A program made the position numbers and the translations under genes. From Geosiphon pyriformis uo1 (taxonomy: Eukaryota; Fungi; Glomeromycota): a DNA stretch of 64,000 nucleotides. The stretch spans positions 752,635 to 816,634 of the forward strand of contig JAAOMT010000617.1 in the NCBI GenBank assembly GCA_016748015.1, written 5' to 3'. This document shows, in pieces, positions 1 to 13,425 of the stretch. The notes beneath the pieces were generated by a model, which saw nothing but the letters and a program-made list of their open reading frames with translations, had not been told where the DNA came from and searched no databases. Positions within the stretch are counted from its first letter, which is position 1; the number at the start of each line of letters is the position of its first letter.

Positions 1-3000
1 CTATTATTAGATATTAACTATTTTATAAGAAGGCAATTATATTTAAATTTGTTGTTTGTGCTTAATCTCTTTATAATTCTGGTAATCAATAACTCCAAAC
101 CAAAAAATTTCAAAAACTGCTTATTTTTTAAGCACTTAAAAATACTAAACCAATGTTTAAAAAAAGTAGTATTTGCTAAGTTCACTATTACTCTTCTTAA
201 AATCTCTTACATGTCATTCAATTTGTTAAAAGCTTTTACATTCATAAATTTATTTACTATAAATGACAGTTTAATTAAAACACATTTTTTAAAATAAATT
301 TATTTAGTATTATTTGTATTTTTGATATTAAACTTCTAATAATTCTTGTTTATTTGCTTGTAAACACTATTTAGGCATGCATTTAAAAGTCTTTTTAAGC
401 CAATTAAAACTACAATTATCTTATAATCTGTATTAAAAAACTTAAATACAATGCTAATTTTTTATATTATAATTGTTAACAACAGAATCTCATTAACAAA
501 AACATAGTCAATAATCTTTATAATACTTTTAAAGTTATGCTAAATACAAATCTTTACCAAAAAGTGTTCTTTAAGTAAATTAACCAGATCTATATCTAAG
601 CACTTCTTAAAACTTGCACTTTTTTTAGAAATATTCTCATTAAAACTACTACTTAAAACCACAAAAAAGCTAAAATTGACAGTTTTAGAGATAACAAAGT
701 TAATATTAGAAGTCTGATCAAACCATATACCAACAAATGCCCCAACATATAAGCCCAAAATTGTAACTAAAAACTTGTTTTTAAACAAAAGCCATATTGA
801 AATTAGATGATCTGGAATTTTATTTACCTTAAAAACATGCTGAGCCAAAGAACTGTTTATAATTATAGCCATACCAGCACCAAGAAAACCAACATTCAAA
901 CCAAAAATAAAAATTCGAATTCCATTAAACTTATTTATAATTTATGACTTAATACTAAATCTTAATTTAGTTTTTATGATAATTGAAATTATATTCTCCA
1001 ATTTCTTATGTTAACAAACAACATCTTTCTATTTGGCAAAGACATTAATACTCCAAATATTATATGTAGCAATCTTCCAAACCAAATCTGTCATTGAGAA
1101 AAATAAGTTCTTAATCCTATAACAAAATTGTTAACTTTGGCCAAAAAACCCATAATTGTATTTGAGAAACTTATCAAGCTGTTTTCTTATTTAAAAACCA
1201 TTAACAAATTTACAGATATTACTTTTATAGCAGTCTTGTCACTAGTAATTGCGCCCAAATTCTCACTTATTACTATATCTATCTTTTGATTTTGTAATGA
1301 AAAAGTTACTAATGGTTGACATCCAAGACTAAACTAGGAAACCATTGGTTCAAGTGTATCCAATCTCTTAACCAGCTTGTTAACTTGTTTTACAAAGCTG
1401 ATGAAACTGTATTCAAAAGTAACAAATCTATTATTTAAGTTCAAAAAAACCAGCAAAAGAGGTTTAATATCTGAAAATAGACCAGCACTAGAGAAAACCA
1501 AAGACATTACACAAGAAGTAAAACTATTAACAATTTAAGCCCAAGTTTTTTTATCAAATGAAACCAGACAAGCAATTAGTACCTGTTTTTTTATATATGT
1601 TTACTAAATGAATCTGATTCTGAGAATTGATTACTTATTTACTACAATCACTCAGATATTTACATACTAAACACACAATAAAAACATAACTAAATTGTTT
1701 GTATTAAGTACAACAGATTAAAAAAAGACCAGCTCAGTACAAATTCACACTCTTAAAAACCAAAGTAGAACTAATAGCAGTCTTCTTAAATGCTTTATTA
1801 ATAAAACAAACCACAACATATTTGTTATATACATATAAATTTAGATTATGGCCAATAAAACAAGTCTTTCTATCATATAATTTTAACAAACCAGAAAAAT
1901 TATGAGCAGTAGTGTTAATTGACAAAGTATACAACAAAGCTCAATAAAAATTTCTAAATACTCACAATTTTTTATTATTAACTGTCAAAGTTATATGCAC
2001 AGAATTTTTACTTATAAAAACTGATTATTTAAAAGCAATTACACTAATAATATCTAATGCTTTAAACTCTACTAAGATCTTTTGCCAAAGACTAATCAAT
2101 TGTATCTTAATTAAAACAATCTTACCAAATTTGGATAACACTAATTTTACAGCTAATTTGGAAAAATTAACTGGAATCTCTTTAACAATCACTTCTTGAT
2201 TTATATAACTATTTGTTTTTTTAATATTAATATTAACCAAAATTTTCTTATTAACAGCCAACTCTTTAATCTTTTTTAAACTTGATTCAAATATGAAAGA
2301 TAATCTGATAATTTTTAAAAATTTTGAAAGAGTAGAAGCTCTTCCAAAACCATCAACACAATAGAAATTTTTTTTAATTATAATTAACTTATTACTATTG
2401 GTTTAGCTAAATATAGCAGATAATTTAATATCTAATACAAAAAATTTAATTGGCTTGAAACTTTGCTTTTCCAAAACATGTGATCTAACTAAAAAAAACT
2501 GTTTAGAACCAACAAACTTAGGAGATAGAAGAACCAAAATGTCATTATTATTACTTATATTATCAAATATTAGAGCTTTTAGTGAATGATCCAACATATA
2601 TGTTTAAGTATAAATCTTTTTCAATGTGGTTTTATTTATATTATTAACACCTACAGAAGTATTTGAATCTGCATAACTGATTTCTTTTATAATCATGTTT
2701 TTTATATTTTCTATATTTAAAAAACCATTAAAACTACTTGTAATGTTACTAATATTACTTTTTCAGAACACTACAGATTTAATTCCAGAGTTTTCAATAT
2801 CCTCTAAACTTATAAAACTTAACAGATAAGTTGATTACAACACTACTAACTTTAGGTTTTTTTGGTTTTTTGTAAGATGTACTGTAAAAGTAAACACTTT
2901 TTATCTGCTTTTTTTTGTGTTTAAATAGGTCTCCAAACCAGTTGAGCCAGAACCTAAATCATCAACAGATAAGTTTACCAGATTTATTGTAACAAAAAAA

Positions 3001-3112
3001 AGTGGATTAAAAAAAATAACTTAAAGTAAAAGAGTAAAAAAAATAGAAAAGCTACTTTTTTGATAACTTTATGCTTTTGTTATAATTAAAAGATCAATAA
3101 AAGAAAAAGTTT
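1..3112 (-). mobile_element. LINE (non-LTR retrotransposon) copy L1, 5' part: 5' UTR, ORF1 and start of ORF2; continues off the window
   Basis: Decayed ORF1 (RRM-like segments, Cys/His knuckle near 1675-1725). ORF2 starts MTDLVWKIATYN(I) at 1094, an APE endonuclease N-terminus that continues in ORF 540..899 (VTILGLY). 5' UTR at 3040-3112 matches 57880-57945. Confidence 0.85.
1091..2987 (-). pseudogene. LINE ORF1 (nucleic-acid chaperone, RRM-like domains + CCHC knuckle), decayed
   Basis: ORF fragments 2403-2597, 2025-2261 (VIVKEIP..SKFGKIV..LWQKILVEF) and 1734-1937 (LYTL..TTAH..KTCFIG) are colinear with those at 56537-57550. Confidence 0.8.
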
Positions 3113-3309
3113 TTCAAATTACAATTTTATTAATCTTATAAAATAAATTTTTTGCTTTATTAAATAATTTTTTTTAATTGATTTTTAAATTATAAAAAAC
3201 CAATAAAAAACCAATAAAAATTTTTTTTTATTTAATATATTTTACTACTTATTTTTTTAACACATTTTTATTTTAAAAAAAATAAATAGTATTATTAAAA
3301 ACATATTTT

Positions 3310-5660
3310 AATTATTATTATTATTATGTTTAATGAGTATAATCTAATCACTATTTAGGAGTTAAAAACAAACTAAGTATTTTAGTATTAAAAATAGTTC
3401 ACATGTTTTTTATATATAACCAGCTACTTAAGCTAGTTTAAACTATACTATATTAATATTTTAGAAGAAAACTTATTTAAAGATAATATATTTTGAATAA
3501 TCTTAAACAATATAACATTATTACTAATCAATCTAACTAGTTATTTGGCTGTTTTTAAAACATTAAACTTAATACTAAAAGATTTATATTTCTATAGTAA
3601 TATCAAATTAGAAAACATATTATTATTAATAGCAAATAGATTTATGTAAAAACCAAACATATTAATATTCTTATAGCTATACTTAGTCTTTAATACAACT
3701 ATCTCTTACTTCGACTTACCAACTGCTTTATTAAAAGTATTTATATATACCAAAATCTTATTAATTTTAAGACCAAATACACTACTCAAAACCAGATTAT
3801 CATTAATAAATTGTTCAAACACAGCAACTAAAAATCCAACTGGCTTAACAATAAATTTGATCAAAGCAAAAAACTTAACCAAATCAGATTTTAAAGAGAC
3901 CAATTAAGAGAAAACTGCAGAAATATTAGCCAACTATTAGTAAAAAAAACAAAGCCAACTAAAAAGCTAAAAACTAAAAAAAACACAAAAACAGCAGCCT
4001 TGACATAAAACTTAATATCAACAAAATAAAACATAAAAGCTCTAAGATTTTTAGAAAGAAAAAATAAAAACATTTTATAATTAATAACCAAATAGTTTAA
4101 GTCTTAATACTTAAAGCAGTATTAGCATCCAGAAGTTTTCTACCAAATACAATATTTCTTTAAAATACTAGTTTTAACAATAGCAACATCCAAATTATTT
4201 TGTAAACTAAATATAATCAAGACAAACTAAGAACAATAACCAAAATTAAGTAAACAAAAAATAAAACATATTTAACTATTAACTTGAAAAATCATATTAC
4301 TGATTTTATAAACAGTACAGCCAGAAAAAAAATCGATTAATTTGGTCTTAAACTTATCATAAAAAAAATTAGTCTCATTTTGATTCACAAGAAAAAAAAT
4401 TCTAATATTATTTTTGTTCAACAAAACTAACCAATGATTCAAAATAGATGCTACAGCATTTAAAGTCTTGAAATAAATTATCACATATTGTCAAATGTTA
4501 GCTGGCTTTAATATAACATGGAAAATCTTACCAAACACACCAAAAGCTATCTTAATATTAATAGCAAATATACTCAAAGACATATTATACAATACAATAG
4601 CAGCAAAAAAAAGACCAAACTTAAAAATTACCAAAAACTTAATAATTTTAAAAGCAGCTAGACAAACAAAACTTGTAAGCTTAACCAAAAACACAGCTTC
4701 TAAAGATTTTTGTAAAGCAAATTCTATATAAAGAGTTTTATATTGTTTTTTAATACTAATTTTGTATTCAAAAAACCATGTATAGACTAAAAAGCAGTCT
4801 TAATATAAGCCAATTTAATTTTAAAGATAGCATTAGATACCAAAATAAAAATCATCTACTTAGTAAATTTTTAATAACTAAAAATAGTTTTCCAAGCACT
4901 ACTAATAATAATACTAGAAACCAGAGAAAAAATTAAATCAGTTTTTATCTAATTATTTCAGTTTTCAAAAACAGATAATCCAACAAAAAACTGCTGTTTT
5001 GCTTCTAAAACCAGCAATAATCTGTTAAAAAACACTACATTTGACAACACAATTAGTAGTTGATCTTGGCTTATCTTAGATAATAGATTAGATAATACAA
5101 TAGAAATTTTATCTAAGATTTTATTAAGAATTACAAAAAAATTCAGTATAATAATAACAGAAACAAGTAATTGCTTCTACTTTTTTAAGTTTTTGGTCTT
5201 TTTAACTATTTTTTTAAAAAAAGTAATATTAAAAACACCAGATATAAAAGTTATAGAAAAGAAAACCAGCTTATTAATTGGTCTGTTATTAAAAACTTTT
5301 AAAAAGAATAAAGACAATATTAGAACTAATTTAAGCATGTTTTTTAAGGAAAATTTGATTAGTAAAAAACTAGTCAAAGATAAAAAAAATGTTTTAGTGA
5401 CCACCAAAAACAGTTTTTTATTATTACTAGTCAAGAAAAAAGTTTATAAAACATTTTGTCTAGCTGTTTTTACAACAGAAAAAACTTTTTTAATTAAAAC
5501 TTTATAAGATACCAAAGAAAAAGTACTAGTTATAGCTTTTTTACTCTTCACTCTAATTGTAGTTATAAAATTAAAAAGACAATAAATATGTTTTAAAAAA
5601 AAAAAACTTATTCTAAAACAAAAAAAAATTATAGTATATAAAATTAACAAATTCAAACAA
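3310..5660 (-). mobile_element. ORF1-only non-LTR element (non-autonomous, HAL1-like), decayed
   Basis: One ~700-codon ORF1-like frame (~5566 to stop at 3448) homologous to LINE ORF1. It is followed directly by a 3' UTR (3330-3447) similar to the LINE 3' UTR at 58505-58617. No ORF2. Confidence 0.75.
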
Positions 5661-5814
5661 AAATATTAACTACTATAATATTAATAATATTTTTTTAAAA
5701 AAGTTTGTTAAAATTGTTAAATTGTTTAATATTAATAATAATTAATTTGTAAAAAATCTGTTTTTTGAAATAATAACTTAAATAATTAAAATAAATATAT
5801 AAATTTAATATTAA

Positions 5815-7245
5815 TATTACAAGTTAGAGTAATAAGCTAATAAATAACAAAGGAAAACAAGATTGTAAGATAATAAAATTAATCAAAGAGAAAATTACAA
5901 TAAGAAAGTAAATTGAATAAGTAAAAATTCAATATACATGATCAATCTCATAAAAATTACAGTTGCAAATCTTTTTTGGGAATCTGAAAGTAGAGAAATA
6001 ATTCATTATTATTAACAAGATAACACTGCCACTATTATTTTATGTCTCAATTTAGCAATTTTTAAAAACAATAATAGGTATTATTGTGTTTTTTAATTAT
6101 TTTTTTATTCAATAAATTATAAGAACAAGTAATTGCTTTTTAAGCTAATTCTAACAATACAAATTAAGAAAAGAAAAAAATAAGATATATAAATACCAAC
6201 AAGTAATCTTTTATCCCAAGATGTTTAAATACATAAAAGTAAAAAAAGAGAAATAATTAATATAAAAAAAGATAATTGATAGTGAGTTTTATTTTGTTAC
6301 TTTGATTATATTTTTCTATAGTTAAGAAATTTATTGTTTATATAGCTATTAAAAATGGTTAATAATTAAATTATTGATCAAATTAATAATTAGATCAATG
6401 GTTAAATCAATAATTAGATTATTAATTAAATTAATAATTAGGTTAATAATCAGATTATTGATTATTATCTAAAAATAAGGTGGCTAATTATATGATATTA
6501 GTGGCTAATACATATAATAACTAATAAAAACTATGAATTTCAATTATAATATTAACTTTTTTAAAGAAATTAAGCTCCAACAAAATCAAATTAATTATGG
6601 AATATTCTAATTATAAAAATTTGTTTAACTTAAAACTAATTGATTTGTTAAAGTTTTTTGTGAACAAAAAGTATAATATCTAAGATAAAATAAGTTTTGT
6701 ATTCAAAAAACCAAATTTTTATATAAGAGTTTTGGCTCTTTTAGCAATGGTTAAAACTTTTGAAACATCTAATTATATAATACCCAGAATTTTTACTTGT
6801 ATCTTTGAAATTGTTTTTTCATAAACTTCATATCCTTTATAATTTTATTAAGTTAACTATAGAACTCTAATTGTTTTTTATATAACAGATTTTTATCTAT
6901 GGACAAAATTTCTTTAATTGTTTTTTTAAGCATATTGAAAAATAATAGTATGTTTACTGTTATGCTTTTAAGATATATTTATTTATTTTGCTATCAATTT
7001 TTTCTCTTTTGATAGTAGATTTCTTTGGTTTAATAACAGTATATATTTTATTATTATCAGTTATAGTTGTCTATTTTCTAATGATTAAAGTAATATTTAG
7101 ATAATTTTTGATCCAATATTTATGGAAAGTATAGAAAGCATTTTGAATGGTTTAATTCAGAAAATAATTGTTTATGTTAATTGAAGATATTTTTGTTTTA
7201 AAAATTATGTATTTATTTATTTTTGATTTTTGCTGATCATTTAAC
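5815..7245 (-). mobile_element. Family A LTR retrotransposon fragment A0: 3' LTR (5815-6551) plus accessory ORF3
   Basis: Reverse complement of the family A LTR (12-bp repeat array at ~6350-6465), the PPT and pre-PPT motif, and ORF3. Homology stops at the integrase/ORF3 junction. Confidence 0.85.
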
Positions 7246-9023
7246 TTTTAATAATTTTTTATAAAAAACTTTAATAAAATATATATATAAAGCAATAATT
7301 TTTATATATATAAACTTAAAACTTATATATTTATTAAAATATTATATTTATATTAAAAAATTAAATAATATATCTTAAAAAATAAATATATATTATGTTT
7401 TATATAATTTTATATAATATGTGATTTTGAATTTTTATTAATCAATTAGAATATAAAAATATTAAAATTTTATGATTTTAAATAATACATAATTTATTAG
7501 TTAATTAAAATATAAAAATATAATCTAATTTATATATTAAACTATAATTTTTTTTTATAAAACTTTTTAAGACTTTAAATTATAAAAACTTTTATTTTTT
7601 TTTAAGAATATTTTATAACTTTGTAAAACTAATACTTGTTTAGAATTAACAGAAAAATCATAAATTAAATTAATAGATTATTTTTGATTAGTTAATTGTT
7701 TTTATTATCTTGAATGTTAATTTTTTTGTATAGTATAATTAATAAAAGTATCAAAAAATATATATTATAAATAAAACAACAAAAACAAATATTATTGTTT
7801 ATAATTTAGTAAATATTATATTTAGATATTTTAATTTTATTATAATACTCTAATACATAAAATAAATTTAAGTAATAACTATCTTTTTTTTTTGTTACAA
7901 ATAAAAAACTTATTATTTTTTAACTATTATCAAAGCACAAATTTATTGATATTTTTTTTATTATATTTTAAAAATATAATATTAACAAGAAAAAAGTTTT
8001 TTTTATTATAATTGTTTTTTAAAAATAAGATCTTGTTTTTAAAGAGTACATAAAATTTTTTTAATATAATAAAAGTTTTTTATTCCAAGTTTTAAATCAA
8101 TTACTTGGTCTTAAAAATTAAGATAAAAATTAAGATAAAAATTATATTTATTAATTAGTAATATTATTTTAACAAATTTTTAAGAAAATATTGTCATATT
8201 ATATTTAATTAAATTATATATTAATTAATCAAAAACAATGTATTTTAACTAAAAAATAATTAAAATTAAATACATAAAATATTTTACAATATTTAAAAAA
8301 ATTTTATATAACAAAAAAATTTATTTAGGTCTTTATTAATTAAAAAAATTCAGATAAATTTGATCTGATTATTAATTTTTAATATTTTATTAAAATAAAT
8401 ATTTTGTATTAATAAATTTAAGCTATTTATATAAATAATAAAGTTTATACCAACTTTATATTGTGAATAAATAAAAATTAATAATTGATTATTATAAAAA
8501 ATATTATTTATATTACTTGGATTTATTAATAAATAGACTAATAAAATCAATTTTTATTATATATTAATTAAAAAACATAATTTAATAATATAATTGGCTA
8601 AAAACTTTGTATAATTTAAAAAAATTTTCTAATTACAGAAATATCATAAAAAATTTTGATTTTGTTATTCTATAAAATAATTTCAGATTGAATAAAAAAT
8701 AAGATTACAAATTATTTAACTTTTTATTAAAACAAAACAATAGTGTTTATTAGAATATTTTTTATTTATTTTATAAAACAAAAGCAATTACAATATTGGT
8801 TAAATAATAATGAACTTTTGTTAATATTGTAATTAATTAATATAGCAATAAATAATTATTTAAAGTAATATAAAAAAAAAATTTATTATATTTTAAATTT
8901 AGATTTTACAAAAATAATTAATAATTTTAACTTTTATAAATTTTTTTTTCTTTTTTTGTCTATAGTTTTGAACTATAAATATGTTTATGTAATTTTAAAT
9001 ATTAGATTAAAAAAAGTAAACAA

Positions 9024-11027
9024 TATTATAATTAGATTTTTTTTGATTAAATTGACAGTTTTATAACTTGATATTTAGATTTTATTATTTTTATAATTTA
9101 AAATTAATCTGAAGGTTTTGGGTTGGTATTTTTTGTATAATAGGCAAAAATTTAATATAATTATAATTAATAATTAGTATAAGCTTTTTTTAACTTAGTG
9201 ACTAGTTTATTTTAGTATTTGTATATTTTTAATAAACAATTCTAATTTTTATAATTATAATTATATTTTTTTTTAGCATCTTTTATCAAAAATTTTTTAA
9301 TATTGTAATTTTAATACTTTTTTTTTAATCAATTAATAAAATACAAAAAATAACAAAAAAAAAAGAAAAAAAAGAAAAGAAAAGTTAGTATTTTATTAAT
9401 AGTCATAATTAAAATTTATTGTTTTAATATTATTAAGTTGATATATTTAATATTATTAATATTAATTATAAAAAACAATTAAAAGTTTAATAAAATAAGT
9501 TAAGATTTATTAATAAAAAATAAGAAATATATGTTTAATTAATATGTTTATTAAATTGGTTATTGTTTTAATTAAAATAATAATAAAGATTAAACTTATC
9601 TTAAAATAAGCTTGTTTGGTTTTTAAATATTTGTTTTTTTGGTTTTTAACACTTTTACTATATATACATAAATTTTTATATACAAGATTTCTAAAATTTT
9701 TACAATTTTTTAAAATTATTATTAAAATTTTTAATATTTCTATTGATATTTTTGAAATTTTTGATATTTCTAGAATTCTTAATATTATATGTTTTAATAA
9801 TTTTTTATTTTGTTATTGATTATTTTTATACTATTATTATTTTCTGTTTTTTTATACAAGTAATAATATATATTTTTTTTAATATTAAGCTTTAACAAAA
9901 TTTTCTAAGTTTTTTTTTGAATAAGTTTAAGTAATTTTTTTTTATGATGGCTTTGAAAACTTCTGTTTTTGGTTTTTTAAATTGTAAATTGGTTATTTTT
10001 TTCAATTGATTTACTGTTATGTTTTTTATAACTGAATATAATAATATTTTATTATATTTATAAAAGATTATATATAATTAATAGATTGTTTTCAAGTAAA
10101 TTATTAAATTGTTTTTTCCAATAAAGTATTTTATTTGTTGTATTATTTTTTGTTAAATGTTTTTTTATAACTATTTATATACAAAATTTGAATACTTAGT
10201 TGTTGTTCCAAATAATAATAACAATAAATAATTAAAAACTGTTTTTTCTAACTTTTTCAATCTTTTTTTATTAATTTTTTTGGTTAAACAACTATTATTG
10301 AATTTCTGAAAATTTTTTTTACATTTTTAAAAAAATTTTTTATATAGTAATTTACTTATTATTGTAATTTATTGTATAAAATTTTCTTATTTATTTTTTC
10401 TTTTCAAGTGTTTTTATAACAAATTTTTTAACTGTTGACTGTTATTTCTATATCTAAGTTTTTAGTTTTTAATAATTAAAACAGTTATTAAGCTATGAGA
10501 TAGATGTTATCTGTAATTTCTATTTTGTTATTTTGTTTTATTATGCTTTAACTGTATTTATATAATAAATGTTTAGTTTTGTAATATACTAACTTTAATA
10601 ATTAATAATTGGTTTTAGATCTTGTAAAATTTTATCTAATTTAACCAGTATTTTTTGTATCTCTAATTGTAATGTATTAAGTTTTGTTAATATTTTGTTA
10701 TAATATGATTTTAATTAATTACTATATATCGTTTTGATTAAAATTTTGTTTTTTAATCATAATTTATATGTTTTATTTTTAAGTATTTTTTTAATATGAA
10801 ATGATTTATTTTATTTTGAATTAAATTTTCTATTTTATTGTTTTTTTGTTTTTGTATAATATAAAAATATTTTGTTTTTTAGATTTGGCTGATTTGTTTA
10901 GTAACTAATTATTTTGTCTTTTTTTTATTTTTTTTTTATTTTTTAATATAATTGACTGTTTTTTTTTTATTTTTTAAGATTTTTATTAAGTTACATATTT
11001 GTTTTAACAGTATTTTTTAGAATATAT
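9024..11027 (-). mobile_element. Family B fragment B3: 3' LTR (9024-9865), ORF3, integrase C-terminus; heavily decayed
   Basis: Colinear with 40952-42970 after allowing C>T/G>A changes; interrupted by A3 at 11028. Confidence 0.75.
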
Positions 11028-13107
11028 TGTTATAAATAAAACTTTTATTTTTTAAATTTTTATTTATTTACTTAATTAATTATATGTATTAGTTATTGAT
11101 ATTACATAATTAGTCAGCTTATTTTTAGAATAAGTTATTAACTTAATTATTAACTTAATTATTGGCTTGATTATTAATTTGATTATTAACTTAATTATTG
11201 ATTTGATTATTAACTTAATTATTAATCTGGTTATTAATTAAATTATTAATATAATTATTAGATTTTTTATTATTATATATAATTAAAACATTTCAAGAGT
11301 TGTAAAAAAATAATTCATATTTAAATCACATTAGATTAATAAAACAATATTAATTTTTTTATTTCTTTTTTACTATTTTTTTTTGATTTGTATAATAATT
11401 AGTTTTTGTAAAATATATTAAATATATATTTATTGAAAAATACAACTAATATCTGATATTGAATTTTAAAAGTGTTAATATAAGACATAAAATTATATTA
11501 ATATATTATTTTTTGTTAATAATACAGATTATTTTTTTACTTCAAATTTTCTTGTTACTTTTTGAAAAAAATAGTGATTAAAATATTTATAAAACTGATC
11601 TTACACATTAAATTTTTACTAATTCAATTCATGTATTAAAGTTGAATTACTTTTTTAATTATTTTATTATTATATAATACTGTTTTTCTTTATTATTTGT
11701 TAATTTATTAATCTAATCATAACATAAAAATAATGCTTTTTATAAGATGTCAAATTTTTAAATTATTTACTATTGTATAAACAATTGTTATTTTTTAGCA
11801 ATAGAAACACAAAATTATTTTATAGTACACAATTAAAATAATCTAGCTTATATTGAACTTAAATTTTTTCATCTTGTCTTATTTGTTTTTCAGTTAAAAA
11901 ACAGTTTAGTTAAAAATTCTAAGATTTCTGGAATTGGTTTTTAATTAAATATTCTACTAAAATTTACTTGGCATATTTTAAAAAAACTTTAAAATTTAAA
12001 ACAATTATATTAATCAATTATTATTTTTAGTTATTTTTAGTCAATTTTTTTTTAAATGTAAAATCTTAAATTAAAAAATTTATACTTGAATAAATATTTA
12101 TTAACAATTCAAAACTTTTTTAAAAACTAAAAACAAAAAAAGTTATTAAACAGCATCTGTTTTTGAATTTTTTTCAAGTAATTTGAACTCTTTATTTTGA
12201 ACACTCTAATTATAATACAAAGTAAAACAGATATTTTATTAGTCTTTTAAGACATTCAAATCATATTAAGTTAAAAAAACATAAATTTTTTATCTTTGTT
12301 TAAAAAAAACTCTCAAAACCTAATAAAATGATTCAAAGACTTTGAAAAAGTTGTTACAATAAATCAATACAATAATAAATATAAGTTTCAAATAATAGAA
12401 GAATATTTTCAAAATTTTTTTGCTATATGGTTTATTCAAAAAACTAATGATAAAATTGTTTAACAAATAATGCAATAGTCATTTGAAAATCTTGAACAAA
12501 ATGCAATTTTTTTTATTACTAGATTTGAAAAAAAATTTTGTACTGCAATATTAATATTTAAATAAAAAATAAAATTAAAAAAAAGAATACAAAACTTTGA
12601 AAAAAATGTTACTAAATATGCTAAAATAATTAAAAAATTAATAAAACAGATTAACTTAAAAAAAAATTAGACAAAAAAACAAAAAATATATTTTTTTATA
12701 AAAAAACTAAAAACAAACTTATTTTATACTATATAGTCTTTTTTTATTATCAAAAATAACTTTACTTTAAATTCGACAATAAAAATAACACAAAAATTAA
12801 AAAAAATTAATAAATATACTTAAAAAACATAATTTTTTTTAATAATTACATTTATTTTTGCTTTTTCTTTTTAATTGGTTCCTATATTATTTATTGTTTA
12901 TATTTAAGATTTAAGTAAACAATTAATAGATAAATTAATAGCAAATTTTGTCCAATTTTTAAAACTATTAACTAAAACAGTCCAAAAAAATTAAAGATTT
13001 TAAAGATCTCAATATTAGTCTCATTATAATTAATCATAATAGTTTTAATATAATACAAAATTCAGAAAACAAAGCTTTTTTATTTGTTACCAATATAAAA
13101 ATACTGG
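11028..13107 (+). mobile_element. Family A fragment A3: 5' LTR (11028-11724), PBS, decayed gag up to the zinc knuckle
   Basis: TGTTAT..CATAACA termini, 12-bp repeat array at 11135-11260, TAAAAA spacer plus decayed PBS (taatgctttttataag). gag is colinear with 33958-35330 and ends ICYQ(C)KNTG. Confidence 0.8.
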
Positions 13108-13425
13108 TATTATAAGTAAACTTGGTAAAATATAATAGTAATATTGGTGTTCTATATTTGAATAAGAGAGCTTAAGAAATTTTTTATTTGATATAAAAGA
13201 TAGAATGAAGTTATCAGTCTTTAAAGATTTTTGATATATGTGAATTTATTTGTAAAGTTTTTTGGTTATAAAACACAGAAATACAATTTAATTGTTTACA
13301 ATTAAGTATATATAAGCTATCTTCTCTGAGCTAGTTAACTACAATCATTAAGGTTTGACATTGTCTTTTTACTTTTTTGGTAAGCTAATAAAATAGATTT
13401 AATATTTAAATTTAAGGAAAGCTTT
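13108..13425 (-). mobile_element. Possible partial LTR of a third family
   Basis: Begins at the break in the A3 knuckle with TATTATAAG (decayed TGTTACAAG) and has a TATA-like GCTTATATATAC on the minus strand. No second copy in the window. Confidence 0.35.

Noticed and set aside
49-9819. Short I/L/F/K/N-rich ORFs as host or membrane-protein genes
   Set aside because: Composition follows from extreme AT content; most are decayed TE frames or their antisense.
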